34,102 nucleotides of DNA from Chthoniobacterales bacterium. Its GTDB lineage: Bacteria; Verrucomicrobiota; Verrucomicrobiia; Chthoniobacterales; JAFAMB01. A program made the position numbers and the translations under genes. Below are positions 7,175 to 16,032 of this stretch, piece after piece; position 1 is the first letter of the stretch; every line of letters begins with the position of its first letter. The DNA is taken from NCBI GenBank assembly GCA_035567275.1, contig DATMQC010000172.1, positions 1 through 34,102 on the forward strand, in the 5' to 3' direction. Under the pieces are notes generated by a model that did not search any database, had not been told where the DNA came from, and saw nothing but the letters and a program-made list of their open reading frames with translations.

Positions 7175-7987
7175 GTGGATTTTCGTCCTACCGCAATTCT
7201 CTGGTTCATCGTAGCAGCACCTTTCCTGAGTGCTGCGGTACTAGCCACCGGCTCGCTTTGGGGACTATGCATTCTCTTTACCGCCCATCTCCTTCTTATC
7301 CTCTGCACTTTTGTTCCTTCGCTGGAGGAATTCGGGCCGGTCCTAACAAAATATTCGACACCCACCCGTACAGTCTGGCTGACCATAGATGACGGTCCGG
7401 ATCCGCAGACCACGCCTCAAGTCCTTGCTCTCCTTGAGAAATATGGGGCTCGCGCCACATTCTTTTTGATCGGCACAAAGGCCGCAAAATATCCGAGCCT
7501 GACGCATATGATACTGGAGGCCGGCCACTCCATCGGCAACCATACCCAAACGCATCCGAAATTTAGCTTTTGGCGCCTCGGACCAAACGAACTGGCCCGG
7601 GAGATTGACGGATTCGAGTCGACTCTTTCTTCGCTTGGCCTTCCGGCGCCAATCTGGTTCCGTGCGCCGGCTGGGATCAAAAATCCCTTTTTGCATCCGA
7701 TTCTCGCCGCGAGAGGTCTGCGATTGGTCGCATGGAACGCACGGGCCTTTGATACGCAGATTGACGACTCCGAAAAGATTGTCGACAGGATCAAACGTTC
7801 GATTCGTTCGGGCACCATCATTCTGTTCCACGAAGCACGAAGGCCCGACGTCTGCCTGAATGCCCTTGACCAGCTCCTGGGTGAACTTACCTCCGAACAC
7901 TTCAGCCTTATCGTCCCGAAGCCTGTGGAACTTCTCGCTGGCCGCCGCTCGATCCTTCCAAAAGCCCTTGAACGCGCCAGCAGTTAA
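7175..7987 (+). CDS. Membrane-anchored polysaccharide deacetylase (NodB homology domain)
   Basis: NodB motifs TIDDGPD, ATFFLIG and GNHTQTHP are present, with two N-terminal hydrophobic spans. It uses a GTG start. Confidence 0.8.
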   Translation: MDFRPTAILWFIVAAPFLSAAVLATGSLWGLCILFTAHLLLILCTFVPSLEEFGPVLTKYSTPTRTVWLTIDDGPDPQTTPQVLALLEKYGARATFFLIGTKAAKYPSLTHMILEAGHSIGNHTQTHPKFSFWRLGPNELAREIDGFESTLSSLGLPAPIWFRAPAGIKNPFLHPILAARGLRLVAWNARAFDTQIDDSEKIVDRIKRSIRSGTIILFHEARRPDVCLNALDQLLGELTSEHFSLIVPKPVELLAGRRSILPKALERASS

Positions 7988-8002
7988 GTCGATCTTTTTC
8001 TC

Positions 8003-8245
8003 ATGGACGAGTACTACACCCAACTCGCCAATGCGCTTCGGGAACGCCTCGCTGTCATCGCGGATCACACTCTGAGGGCGGAAAATCCGGCATCCCATCT
8101 GGAGCGATTGCGATCGGCTTCCGAACGGATTGACGTTTTGAAAACTGCCTTGCCCCGGAATGCTGATCCCATGCTCGTCCACTATTTGCAGAGATCGAGT
8201 CTGGCTAAGGCGCTTGAGTTTGTGCAAGATCATTACCTCCGCTAA
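8003..8245 (+). CDS. Hypothetical 80-aa helical protein
   Basis: The ATG-initiated ORF fits exactly into the 270-nt slot between the deacetylase and the phosphoesterase, with 15- and 12-nt gaps. I recognise no family. Confidence 0.45.
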   Translation: MDEYYTQLANALRERLAVIADHTLRAENPASHLERLRSASERIDVLKTALPRNADPMLVHYLQRSSLAKALEFVQDHYLR

Positions 8246-8257
8246 TGTGATGCTCCG

Positions 8258-9124
8258 ATGCGGATCGCTGTACTTTCGGACATACACGGAAATCTTCCGG
8301 CCCTTGAGGCGGTAACAGCGGACCTTGATCGACTTGATCCGGATCTCGTGTTCGTCGCAGGCGACTTTCAAAACCGCGGTCCGAACCCTCGCGAGGTAAC
8401 GGCTTTTGTCTATCACAGTGGTTGGACCATCCTTCGCGGGAATCACGAAGACTACGTTATTCGACAAAGCCAGAGTTCAAAAATCGACGACTCCACCGAT
8501 TACTACAATTGGCTGCCTGCTCGCTGGACTGCGGACTTGACACGCGACTCACTCGAATGGGTGAAAGGACTACCGATCGCAACCACTCTGGCGGGACCGG
8601 ATGAGCTCTCCGTCATGATCGCTCATGGTTCCCCACGCTCTAACGATGAGGGCTTTTTTCCAACTACCCCGGAAACGAAAGCTACCGAGATGATTGGGGA
8701 GAATCCTCCAGCCCTCCTCTGTGTGGGTCATTCTCATCTTCCACTGATTCGCCGGATCAATACCACTCTACTTGTCAACGTCGGTTCCGTTGGGTTTCCC
8801 TTCGATGGCGATCACCGTGCTTCCTATGGCGTAATCAATTGGGGACCCAATCGTTGGGAGGTCGACATCCGACGAGTTGAATACGCCGTGGATAAGGTCG
8901 TTGAGGAGTTTGATCGCGTAAACTTCTACGAAGGCGCAGGCCCGCTCTCCCATCTGATTCGCCGGGAGCTTGAATCGGCCCGACCGCATCTCACACCCTT
9001 TCAATACTTGTTCGGTCGCGAAATCCGAACCGGCGATCTTTCGATCATAGAAGCTGTAGAAGTTTACCTGTCGATGCCACAGGAACAGATCGAAAACGAG
9101 TTTATCCGCGTCTTCAGGAAGTAG
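8258..9124 (+). CDS. Metallophosphoesterase (calcineurin-like / YfcE-type fold) with C-terminal extension
   Basis: Motifs are present in the canonical order: DIHGN, GDFQNRG, GNHE, AHGSP, GHSH. Confidence 0.8.
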   Translation: MRIAVLSDIHGNLPALEAVTADLDRLDPDLVFVAGDFQNRGPNPREVTAFVYHSGWTILRGNHEDYVIRQSQSSKIDDSTDYYNWLPARWTADLTRDSLEWVKGLPIATTLAGPDELSVMIAHGSPRSNDEGFFPTTPETKATEMIGENPPALLCVGHSHLPLIRRINTTLLVNVGSVGFPFDGDHRASYGVINWGPNRWEVDIRRVEYAVDKVVEEFDRVNFYEGAGPLSHLIRRELESARPHLTPFQYLFGREIRTGDLSIIEAVEVYLSMPQEQIENEFIRVFRK

Positions 9125-9424
9125 CTCGCGCCGAGTCGTGGCCCGGGTTACGGAAGAAAGATACTCGCGCAGAGGAACGCGGCCAAAGAGCGGTCCACTG
9201 GAGGGCGTCCACTCCGTCGGCGGGCACCCCGAGACCTCGGGCCTCGCGCAAAGGTACGCCGAGGCACGCTTGGCGACAAACACCTCAAGAACGGGATTGG
9301 CCGCATAGGGAACTTTAAATCCAAGCCTTTGCGGACCCCGGCGTAACTTTGCGGGAGGCTCTCTCCCTCCAGGCACCCTCCGCGCAAATGTTGAATGTTG
9401 AGATATGACCCCGTCGCCTGATTC

Positions 9425-10036
9425 TTATCTGGAATAGAGCTCGACGACTAATTGCTCATTTACGATCGGGGCGATCTCCTCCCGTGACGGGATTCGCATC
9501 ACCTTGCCTTGAAACTGATCCTTGTCGACAACCAGCCAATCGGGGACAGGCTGAATTTGGGTCAGCTCGAGATTTCGAGTGACCAATCTCCGCGAACCAG
9601 GCTTGTCCTTAATCACAACAATATCGCCAGCCTTCAAGTTGTAGGAAGGAATGTTAACCTTGTGATTGTTCACAGTCACATGTCCATGAGCAACCAACTG
9701 TCGGGCGGAACCCCGGGAGTTAGCGAATCCCATGCGATAAACGATGTTATCCAGCCGTGTCTCTAACATCTGGAGCAGCGTCTCACCGGTCACGCCGCGT
9801 TTTCGAAGGGCCGTCTCAAAATAACGGCGGAACTGCCGCTCCATGAGCCCGTACTGGTAGCGCAGTTTCTGTTTCTCAGCCAGAGCAGTTGCGTAGTCGG
9901 ATTGCTTTCGCCGAGACCCTTTCGGTCCGTGCATGCCGGGAGGATAATTTTTCCGTTCGAGAGACTTGCTCGGACCAAAGAGCGCAACTCCGTAACGACG
10001 ACTAATTCTTGACTTGGGACCGGTATAACGAGCCAT
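9425..10036 (-). CDS. rpsD: 30S ribosomal protein S4
   Basis: MARYTGPKSRISRR...YGLMERQFRRYF plus an S4 RNA-binding domain. It follows rpsK. Confidence 0.96.
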   Translation of the reverse strand: MARYTGPKSRISRRYGVALFGPSKSLERKNYPPGMHGPKGSRRKQSDYATALAEKQKLRYQYGLMERQFRRYFETALRKRGVTGETLLQMLETRLDNIVYRMGFANSRGSARQLVAHGHVTVNNHKVNIPSYNLKAGDIVVIKDKPGSRRLVTRNLELTQIQPVPDWLVVDKDQFQGKVMRIPSREEIAPIVNEQLVVELYSR

Positions 10037-10054
10037 GATAAATTATATCTTTGA

Positions 10055-10651
10055 TCAGACGCGGCGCTGTTTCGGCGGCCGGCAGCCATTGTGCGGGACC
10101 GGCGTAACATCGCGGATGACAGAAATATCAAGGCCGATAGCCTGGATCGCACGAACCGCCGACTCGCGGCCGGCCCCCGGCCCTTTCACCAAAACCTCGA
10201 CTTCCTTCAAGCCGTGCCCCATGGCCTGCCTGCACGCGTCCTGTGCCACCAATTGCGCCGCGTAAGCGGTGCTCTTTCGGGAACCCTTGAATCCGACCTT
10301 TCCTGCACTGGACCAGCCGATCACGTTCCCGTTCAAGTCGGTGATAGACACGATCGTATTGTTGAAAGTCGCAAGAACATGCGCCACGCCGGTAGAAACA
10401 TTTTTGCTGCCTTTGGCTTTGACGATTTTCGGTTTTTCCACCTCGCCGCTATCCAGCGAAAGGCTTACTTTTGCCGGTTCAACCTCTTTCTTAGCTTTCG
10501 GCTTCTGGACACGCGGAGCTTTCACCGGCTCGGAAGATGGTGTTTGAGGAGGCGCCGGAGTAGCTGCCTCTACGCCACGGGCTGATGTGGCGGCACTCGC
10601 CGATTCCTTTTTTGGCGTTGGGGTGGATGATTCGCTAGCCATTCTTGCCAT
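10055..10651 (-). CDS. rpsK: 30S ribosomal protein S11 with ~65-70 aa low-complexity N-terminal extension
   Basis: The core [18 protein letters not shown]...[14 protein letters not shown] is canonical S11. The N-terminus is rich in A, P, K, S and E. Confidence 0.93.
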   Translation of the reverse strand: MARMASESSTPTPKKESASAATSARGVEAATPAPPQTPSSEPVKAPRVQKPKAKKEVEPAKVSLSLDSGEVEKPKIVKAKGSKNVSTGVAHVLATFNNTIVSITDLNGNVIGWSSAGKVGFKGSRKSTAYAAQLVAQDACRQAMGHGLKEVEVLVKGPGAGRESAVRAIQAIGLDISVIRDVTPVPHNGCRPPKQRRV

Positions 10652-10660
10652 TTCAGTTAA

Positions 10661-11056
10661 CTAAACTTTTCCTGACTTCGCGTCCTTGTTTCTTTGCACG
10701 CCTACGGTCTTGCGGGGCCCTTTCCGGGTTCTGGCATTCGTTGAGGTTCTCTGCCCGCGGACCGGTAGGCCACGAATATGCCGAATGCCCCTATAGCTCC
10801 GAATGGCCTGCAAACGTTTGAGATTGCCCTGGATTTCCCGACGCAAATCTCCTTCGACCAACAATCCGCTAGCATTGATCGCGTGAACAATTTCACCGAG
10901 TTGCTCAGGCGAAAGATTTTTGGCTCGTGCGTTTGGATCGATGTTTGCTTGCTCCAGGATCTTTTTCGCTGTCTTCGGGCCAATACCGTAAATGTAAGGC
11001 AACGAAGCTTCGATCCGCTTATCTCCAGGTATATCAACTCCAAGTAATCGAGGCAT
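10661..11056 (-). CDS. rpsM: 30S ribosomal protein S13
   Basis: [26 protein letters not shown] is canonical. The start is taken at ATG 11056; the ORF-track start at 11158 would run through rpmJ. Confidence 0.95.
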   Translation of the reverse strand: MPRLLGVDIPGDKRIEASLPYIYGIGPKTAKKILEQANIDPNARAKNLSPEQLGEIVHAINASGLLVEGDLRREIQGNLKRLQAIRSYRGIRHIRGLPVRGQRTSTNARTRKGPRKTVGVQRNKDAKSGKV

Positions 11057-11114
11057 ATCTAGGCATCCGGGCTGTCTTTGAGTTCGTCCGTTTCTGCGGG
11101 CTGAACCAAGCGGT

Positions 11115-11228
11115 TTATCCTTGTCGTTGTTTATGCCGTGGATTTTTGCAAACCACACGGACGACGTTTCTTCTTTTTACAATTTTACAGCTCTCACAGA
11201 GCCGCTTAACCGAAGGTCGTACTTTCAT
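11115..11228 (-). CDS. rpmJ: 50S ribosomal protein L36 (37 aa; below the ORF-track length cut-off)
   Basis: Hand translation of the minus strand gives [37 protein letters not shown] then a stop. It lies between infA and rpsM as expected. Confidence 0.9.
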   Translation of the reverse strand: MKVRPSVKRLCESCKIVKRRNVVRVVCKNPRHKQRQG

Positions 11229-11306
11229 TCCAGTTCGTCCTCAGGGGACAAAAAAACGCAGCCCGCGGAGAGTTACTCCCAGGAGCGTTCTCATCTCACT
11301 AAAACC

Positions 11307-11525
11307 TCACTTTTGCCGGAAGGTTATGCGGCCTTTCGTCAAATCGTAAGGCGACATCTCTACCATAACTTTGTCGCCTGGCAAGATCCGAATGAAATGC
11401 AGCCGCATTTTTCCTGAGATATGCGCCAAAATGCGATGTCCGTTGGGCAGTTCCACCCGGAACATTGTATTTGGGAGCAATTCAACTACCCTGCCTTCAA
11501 CTTCGATGACGTCTTTTCGCGCCAT
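11307..11525 (-). CDS. infA: Translation initiation factor IF-1
   Basis: [30 protein letters not shown]... is a full-length S1-like IF-1. Confidence 0.95.
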   Translation of the reverse strand: MARKDVIEVEGRVVELLPNTMFRVELPNGHRILAHISGKMRLHFIRILPGDKVMVEMSPYDLTKGRITFRQK

Positions 11526-12262
11526 GTCAAAATTTCCGGTTCACCTTTAGTCACAAGAACTGTATGTTCGAAATGCGCCGACGGGGAATGATCAGCCGTC
11601 ACCACCGTCCAGTCGTCTCGCAATACTTTCACAGCGGCCTGGCCCATGTTAACCATGGGCTCGATCGCCAAGGTCATTCCAGCTCTGAGTTTTGCACTTG
11701 CTGCAGGCGTCCGATAGTTCGGGATTTGCGGTTCTTCATGCAGATGCCTTCCCACGCCATGGCCCACAAACTCTCTGACGACGCTAAACCCGTTTGCCTC
11801 GATCTCATCTTGTATTGCCGCACAAAGCTCGCTTAATCTGCGGCCGTCACGAGCTTTCTCGATTCCCTTGTACAATGCTTCTTCTGTGACAGTCAGCAGC
11901 CTTTGAACGTCGCCACTTATTATCCCGACCGGAACCGTGGCCGCGGTGTCGCCAACGAATCCGTCCAGGACGACTCCAATGTCAAGCTTCACGATATCAC
12001 CATATTGAATTCGCCGTGAGCCGCCGATTCCGTGCACAACCTCGTCGTTTATCGAGATGCAGATATTGCCGGGAAATCGCCGGTAACCAAGAAAAGCGCT
12101 CTTGCATCCCGACTCGAGCATCAGCCTTGCGCCAGCCTGATCAACATCCTTGGTCGTTATTCCAGGACTCAGCATTGCTGAGAGCGCATCGAGGATCTGG
12201 CTTGCAAGCTTGCAGGAAGCCCGCATCTTGTTGATTTCCAGAGGTGTTTTTATGGGGATCAT
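11486..12262 (-). CDS. map: Methionine aminopeptidase, type I
   Basis: [33 protein letters not shown] and HFEHTVLVT are present. The 3' end overlaps infA by 40 nt. Confidence 0.93.
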   Translation of the reverse strand: MIPIKTPLEINKMRASCKLASQILDALSAMLSPGITTKDVDQAGARLMLESGCKSAFLGYRRFPGNICISINDEVVHGIGGSRRIQYGDIVKLDIGVVLDGFVGDTAATVPVGIISGDVQRLLTVTEEALYKGIEKARDGRRLSELCAAIQDEIEANGFSVVREFVGHGVGRHLHEEPQIPNYRTPAASAKLRAGMTLAIEPMVNMGQAAVKVLRDDWTVVTADHSPSAHFEHTVLVTKGEPEILTWREKTSSKLKAG

Positions 12263-12903
12263 TCACTGATCAAACGGCTCAAGTCGTCAAATACCACCGC
12301 CACTTCGCGGTCGGCATCGACGCGGGCCAATATACCTCGTCTCCCGTAAAAGTCTGTCACTGGGAAGCTTTTCTCTCGATACTCGTTCATCCGATGCGCG
12401 AGAACATTGTCTGTATCATCGGCACGAGCTTCAAGTTTGCCGCCGCAATTCGGACAGGGATCAACCGCATGCTGGACATGTCTACCCAGGCTGATCACCT
12501 TGCCGCAATTCGAGCATGTAAGCCTTCTCTTCATCCGGGTGCGAATCGTCTCCTCAGTGGCATCAAGAAAAATAGCCAATTCCAAGGGTGAGCCACGCTT
12601 GGCAAGCAGCTCTTCGAATTGCTCAGCCTGCACCAACGTCCGGGGGAAGCCATCGAACAAGAATGCGCTATTCGTTCGATCCAACCACGCGGCGACAACG
12701 CTCATAATCAATTCATCCGGAGCCAGTCCTCCCTGAGAAATGATTTTCTGAGATACCAGCCCAAGCTCGGTCCCGAGTTTGGCTTCTCCTCTCAAAATCG
12801 CGCCCGTAGAGGTAGCGGGCAATCCGAACTTCTTTTGTATCAATTCTGCTTGCGTTCCCTTGCCCGATGCCGGTGGGCCCAGGAGAACGATTCGTTTCTT
12901 CAC
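12259..12903 (-). CDS. adk: Adenylate kinase (Cys4 zinc lid)
   Basis: P-loop GPPASGKGT is present. The lid motif is CSNCG...CPNCGG. Confidence 0.94.
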   Translation of the reverse strand: MKKRIVLLGPPASGKGTQAELIQKKFGLPATSTGAILRGEAKLGTELGLVSQKIISQGGLAPDELIMSVVAAWLDRTNSAFLFDGFPRTLVQAEQFEELLAKRGSPLELAIFLDATEETIRTRMKRRLTCSNCGKVISLGRHVQHAVDPCPNCGGKLEARADDTDNVLAHRMNEYREKSFPVTDFYGRRGILARVDADREVAVVFDDLSRLISE

Positions 12904-12918
12904 CCTTGCGGTACCCCT

Positions 12919-14421
12919 CTATCGCTGATTGACAAAAATGGACACCGCCACCCCGGCGACAGCCAGCAACGCAAACGCGAGCCACATCCACAGTAGCACG
13001 CTCTCTTTGACAACTCTGCCCGTGCCTCCAACCGCGCGTTCAAATCGCCCTCGGATGCGGCCTTTGCGCAAAAAGCCGTCATAATGCCGCTGAATGAGAT
13101 GGGTCTCCACCTGCCGCATCGTATCGAGAAGAACGCCTACAATGATCAGGAGGCTGGTGCCCCCAAAAAAACGGGCTGTCATGCGCGGAACGCCCAGCCA
13201 GGTGATCATCGTTTCGGGGATTACCGCGATAATGGTCAGAAACAGCGCGCCGGCAAACGTCAACCGGGTCAGCGTATATTCCAAAAAGTCTGCCGTCGGT
13301 TTCCCTGGCCGATACCCAGGGATGTAACCGTTATACTTCTTGAGGTCGTCGGCGATCTGCGTGGGTTGAAATTGAATGGCGACCCAAAAAAAGCTGAAGA
13401 AAAAAATGAGGACGGCGGTCATCAGGTAATGCCAGAAACCGACTGCAAGCGCATTGGACAGCGTAACGGCCCATTCTGCATTGCGGAAGGCCATGCTCAG
13501 GATCGTTGACGGGAAAAGCAAGATGGCCTGCGCGAAAATGAGCGGCATCACCCCGACGGCATTTACCTTCAAAGGCAGATACTGAGTTTGACCTCCATAT
13601 ACCTTCCGGCCGACAACGCGCTTAGCGTACTGAATGCTGACCTTTCTCTGTGCCTGAGTGAGCGCGATCACGGAAGCGACTACCAGAACCAGGAATGCAA
13701 TCATCAACACGAGCACAATTGGGCTGACCCGGCTTGGAGCTCCTCCAGATGGCACAAACGTATTCCAAACCTGCACGAGAGCGCCCGGCAACGAAGCCAC
13801 GATACCAACAGTGATGATCAGCGATGTCCCGTTCCCAATTCCGCGATCGGTGATCTGATCTCCGATCCACATGAGGAACATTGTTCCGGCGCTGAGAGTG
13901 ATCACTGCAAGAAGCTGAAATCCGAGCCCAGGATTCTCAACAAGAGGACCGAGCCGAGCCGTAACCGATTCAATTCCCTGGAGGAAAGGATTCGAGGCCG
14001 GATTCTGCATAGAAACGGCAAGGAGATATCCCTGGAAGATGCAAAGCCCCAGGGTCACATACCGGGTATACTGAGTGATCTTCTGGCGGCCGCCATCCTC
14101 ACGAGCCAGTTTGTTCAGACGCGGAATCACAGCAGTCAGCAGCTGCATCATAATTGATGCGCTGATGTACGGCATGATACCGAGCGAGAAGATAGCGCAA
14201 TGCTCAAGCGCACCCCCGGCAAAAATGTTGAATAGAGCAGCGACTCCGCCTCCGGCAGACTTCGACATGGAAGTCTGAAACCATTCGTTCAGAACGTGGG
14301 CATTGACTCCAGGAATCGTAATTGCGGCGCCGGCACGAACAATGACCAGCATCGCAATCGTAAAAAGAATGCGCTGCCGGAGCTCTGGAATTTTGAAAAT
14401 ATTCGTGAAGGCAGAGATCAT
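12919..14421 (-). CDS. secY: Preprotein translocase subunit SecY with ~41-aa C-terminal extension
   Basis: Canonical SecY signatures are present (GIMPYISASIMMQLL, and a usual C-terminal end of RHYDGFLRKGRIRGR). This is followed by an extra hydrophobic tail. Confidence 0.95.
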   Translation of the reverse strand: MISAFTNIFKIPELRQRILFTIAMLVIVRAGAAITIPGVNAHVLNEWFQTSMSKSAGGGVAALFNIFAGGALEHCAIFSLGIMPYISASIMMQLLTAVIPRLNKLAREDGGRQKITQYTRYVTLGLCIFQGYLLAVSMQNPASNPFLQGIESVTARLGPLVENPGLGFQLLAVITLSAGTMFLMWIGDQITDRGIGNGTSLIITVGIVASLPGALVQVWNTFVPSGGAPSRVSPIVLVLMIAFLVLVVASVIALTQAQRKVSIQYAKRVVGRKVYGGQTQYLPLKVNAVGVMPLIFAQAILLFPSTILSMAFRNAEWAVTLSNALAVGFWHYLMTAVLIFFFSFFWVAIQFQPTQIADDLKKYNGYIPGYRPGKPTADFLEYTLTRLTFAGALFLTIIAVIPETMITWLGVPRMTARFFGGTSLLIIVGVLLDTMRQVETHLIQRHYDGFLRKGRIRGRFERAVGGTGRVVKESVLLWMWLAFALLAVAGVAVSIFVNQR

Positions 14422-14436
14422 GGGGAAAACTACTGG

Positions 14437-14886
14437 CTATTTGCCAACGACGACCGCCGATCCCCCTGCCTGCTCAATCTTCTGACGCGCGGCCTCACTG
14501 AATTTGTCAGCTTCGACAGTTAAAATCTTGGTTAATTCACCCCGGGCGAGGATCTTCACGCCGTCGCATTTGCCATTAACGAAACCTTTGTCCCGCAAAA
14601 GCTGTTCGTTAACTCGCGTCCCGGAGTCGAATTCTTCAAGGTCCCCGATATTGACGAGCGCAAACGAGGTTTTGAACGCGGCGTTATTGAAACCCCGCTT
14701 GGGCAAACGCCGGATTAGCGGCATTTGGCCACCCTCAAATCCAAGTCGAATGCTGCCACCCGAACGTGCCTTCTGTCCCTTGTGGCCCTTTCCGCTAGTC
14801 TTGCCGTGACCGGAGCTTTCTCCGCATCCGAGCCGCTTTACCCGATGCTTGGCGCCGGGACGAGGTTTTAATTCATGTAACCGCAT
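14437..14886 (-). CDS. rplO: 50S ribosomal protein L15
   Basis: MRLHELKPRPGAKHRVKRLGCGESSGHGKTSGKGHKGQKARSG is canonical. The start is taken at ATG 14886. Confidence 0.94.
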   Translation of the reverse strand: MRLHELKPRPGAKHRVKRLGCGESSGHGKTSGKGHKGQKARSGGSIRLGFEGGQMPLIRRLPKRGFNNAAFKTSFALVNIGDLEEFDSGTRVNEQLLRDKGFVNGKCDGVKILARGELTKILTVEADKFSEAARQKIEQAGGSAVVVGK

Positions 14887-14901
14887 AAATACTTTTCTGC
14901 T

Positions 14902-14987
14902 AACGAGGCCGCGCCTCAGACCGGCGAGATGCAGGGATCTCAAGGTCGCGTTGGGAGGAGCGTCAGTTTTGCTTTTCAAGGATTCTA
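14902..14987 (-). repeat. Rearranged repeat copy 3: one hairpin arm (14967-14987) fused to the ~60-nt 3' part of the module (14902-14963), read on the minus strand
   Basis: 14967-14987 (TTTTGCTTTTCAAGGATTCTA) is identical to 937-957. The reverse complement of 14904-14921 equals GTCTGAGGCGCGGCCTCG of 29227-29244 (18/18). Confidence 0.75.
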
Positions 14988-15054
14988 GAGAGACTCTCTA
15001 TTGCGCGTCCGGACTTTGTACCCAGGTCCTCTGCAGAACGCGCTCGAGATATTT

Positions 15055-15579
15055 TTACCTTTGTGCCTTGCCACGTAGCTTCAAAATATCCTGGCGATGA
15101 CGAAGACCGCGTAGCGCTTCGATCGTCGCTTTCACGACATTCGCATGGTTGCTCGAGCCAAGCGATTTCGCGAGCACATCCTTGATTCCCGCAGCTTCCA
15201 CAACAGCCCGCACACCGCCGCCGGCGATGACACCGGTTCCCGGAGAAGCCGGACGCAGGAGAACTCGTCCACCTCCAAATTCGCCGATAACCTCATGTGG
15301 AATGGTATTTTCCCGAACGGCAACTTCGACCATCGATTTCCGGGCGGATTCAGATGCCTTCCGAATGGCCTCTGATACTTCGTTTGCTTTCCCAAAACCG
15401 TAGCCGACGCGCCCCTTGTGGTCTCCGGCAACGATCAGCGCACTGAAACTGAAACGACGCCCACCCTTAACGACCTTGGCGCAACGGTTGATAAACACGA
15501 CCTTCTCGGTGGTGTCGCCTTTCTGTGCGTTACGATCACCTGCCGAATGATCACGCCGATGTCTTACGTCAGTTGCCAT
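15055..15579 (-). CDS. rpsE: 30S ribosomal protein S5
   Basis: [30 protein letters not shown] and GTGVIAGG are canonical. Confidence 0.96.
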   Translation of the reverse strand: MATDVRHRRDHSAGDRNAQKGDTTEKVVFINRCAKVVKGGRRFSFSALIVAGDHKGRVGYGFGKANEVSEAIRKASESARKSMVEVAVRENTIPHEVIGEFGGGRVLLRPASPGTGVIAGGGVRAVVEAAGIKDVLAKSLGSSNHANVVKATIEALRGLRHRQDILKLRGKAQR

Positions 15580-15626
15580 AATTACTTTCGCGTTGGCATG
15601 CGAGTCTCAGACTTGCCGCCAACAAA

Positions 15627-15983
15627 TCAGAACTCTAAACCTCCTGCGCGAGCCGCATCGGCAAGCGCCTTGACCTTCCCGTGATAGCTGAACCCTCCCC
15701 GGTCAAATACCACGGCTTTGATTTTTTTCTCTGTTGTTCTTTCGGCGAGAAGAGCGCCGACCTTTTCAGCCATAGCGACATTTGCGTTTGTTCGGCCTTT
15801 TCCTTTGACACCTCGTTCGAGAGTCGAGGCGGCCACGAGCGTTTTGCCTGCAGTATCGTCGACCACTTGTGCATAAATGTGCTTACCTGAAAAATGTACC
15901 GCGAGCCGGGGACGGTCCGTCGTACCGAAAACACGCTTGCGAATTCGTATATGTCGTAATTTAACGTGATTAATCGTAGCCAT
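15627..15983 (-). CDS. rplR: 50S ribosomal protein L18
   Basis: [20 protein letters not shown] and [18 protein letters not shown] are canonical. Confidence 0.95.
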   Translation of the reverse strand: MATINHVKLRHIRIRKRVFGTTDRPRLAVHFSGKHIYAQVVDDTAGKTLVAASTLERGVKGKGRTNANVAMAEKVGALLAERTTEKKIKAVVFDRGGFSYHGKVKALADAARAGGLEF

Positions 15984-16032
15984 TTATCACCGCAGACTCG
16001 GGTCTTTGTACCAGTTCCGCCCCTCAATGTTG

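Noticed and set aside
7343-8467. A 374-aa minus-strand ORF, one of the longest in the left flank.
   Set aside because: It lies entirely antisense to three + strand genes that carry clear family motifs (NodB deacetylase, metallophosphoesterase). Its translation has no recognisable motifs, so it looks like a shadow ORF.
8768-9387. Minus-strand ORFs (202 and 79 aa) in the GC-rich spacer, considered as possible rpoA remnants.
   Set aside because: The peptides show no resemblance to the RNA polymerase alpha N-terminal domain. One ORF mostly overlaps the metallophosphoesterase gene antisense. The composition is typical of GC-rich non-coding frames.
10091-10585. Many 60-200 aa antisense or alternative-frame ORFs across the ribosomal array (for example 10091-10585 +, 13588-14157 +, 19392-19982 +, 22443-23306 +, 25225-25818 +).
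   Set aside because: Each is fully nested in a minus-strand gene with an unmistakable ribosomal, SecY or EF-G sequence. None shows motifs of its own.
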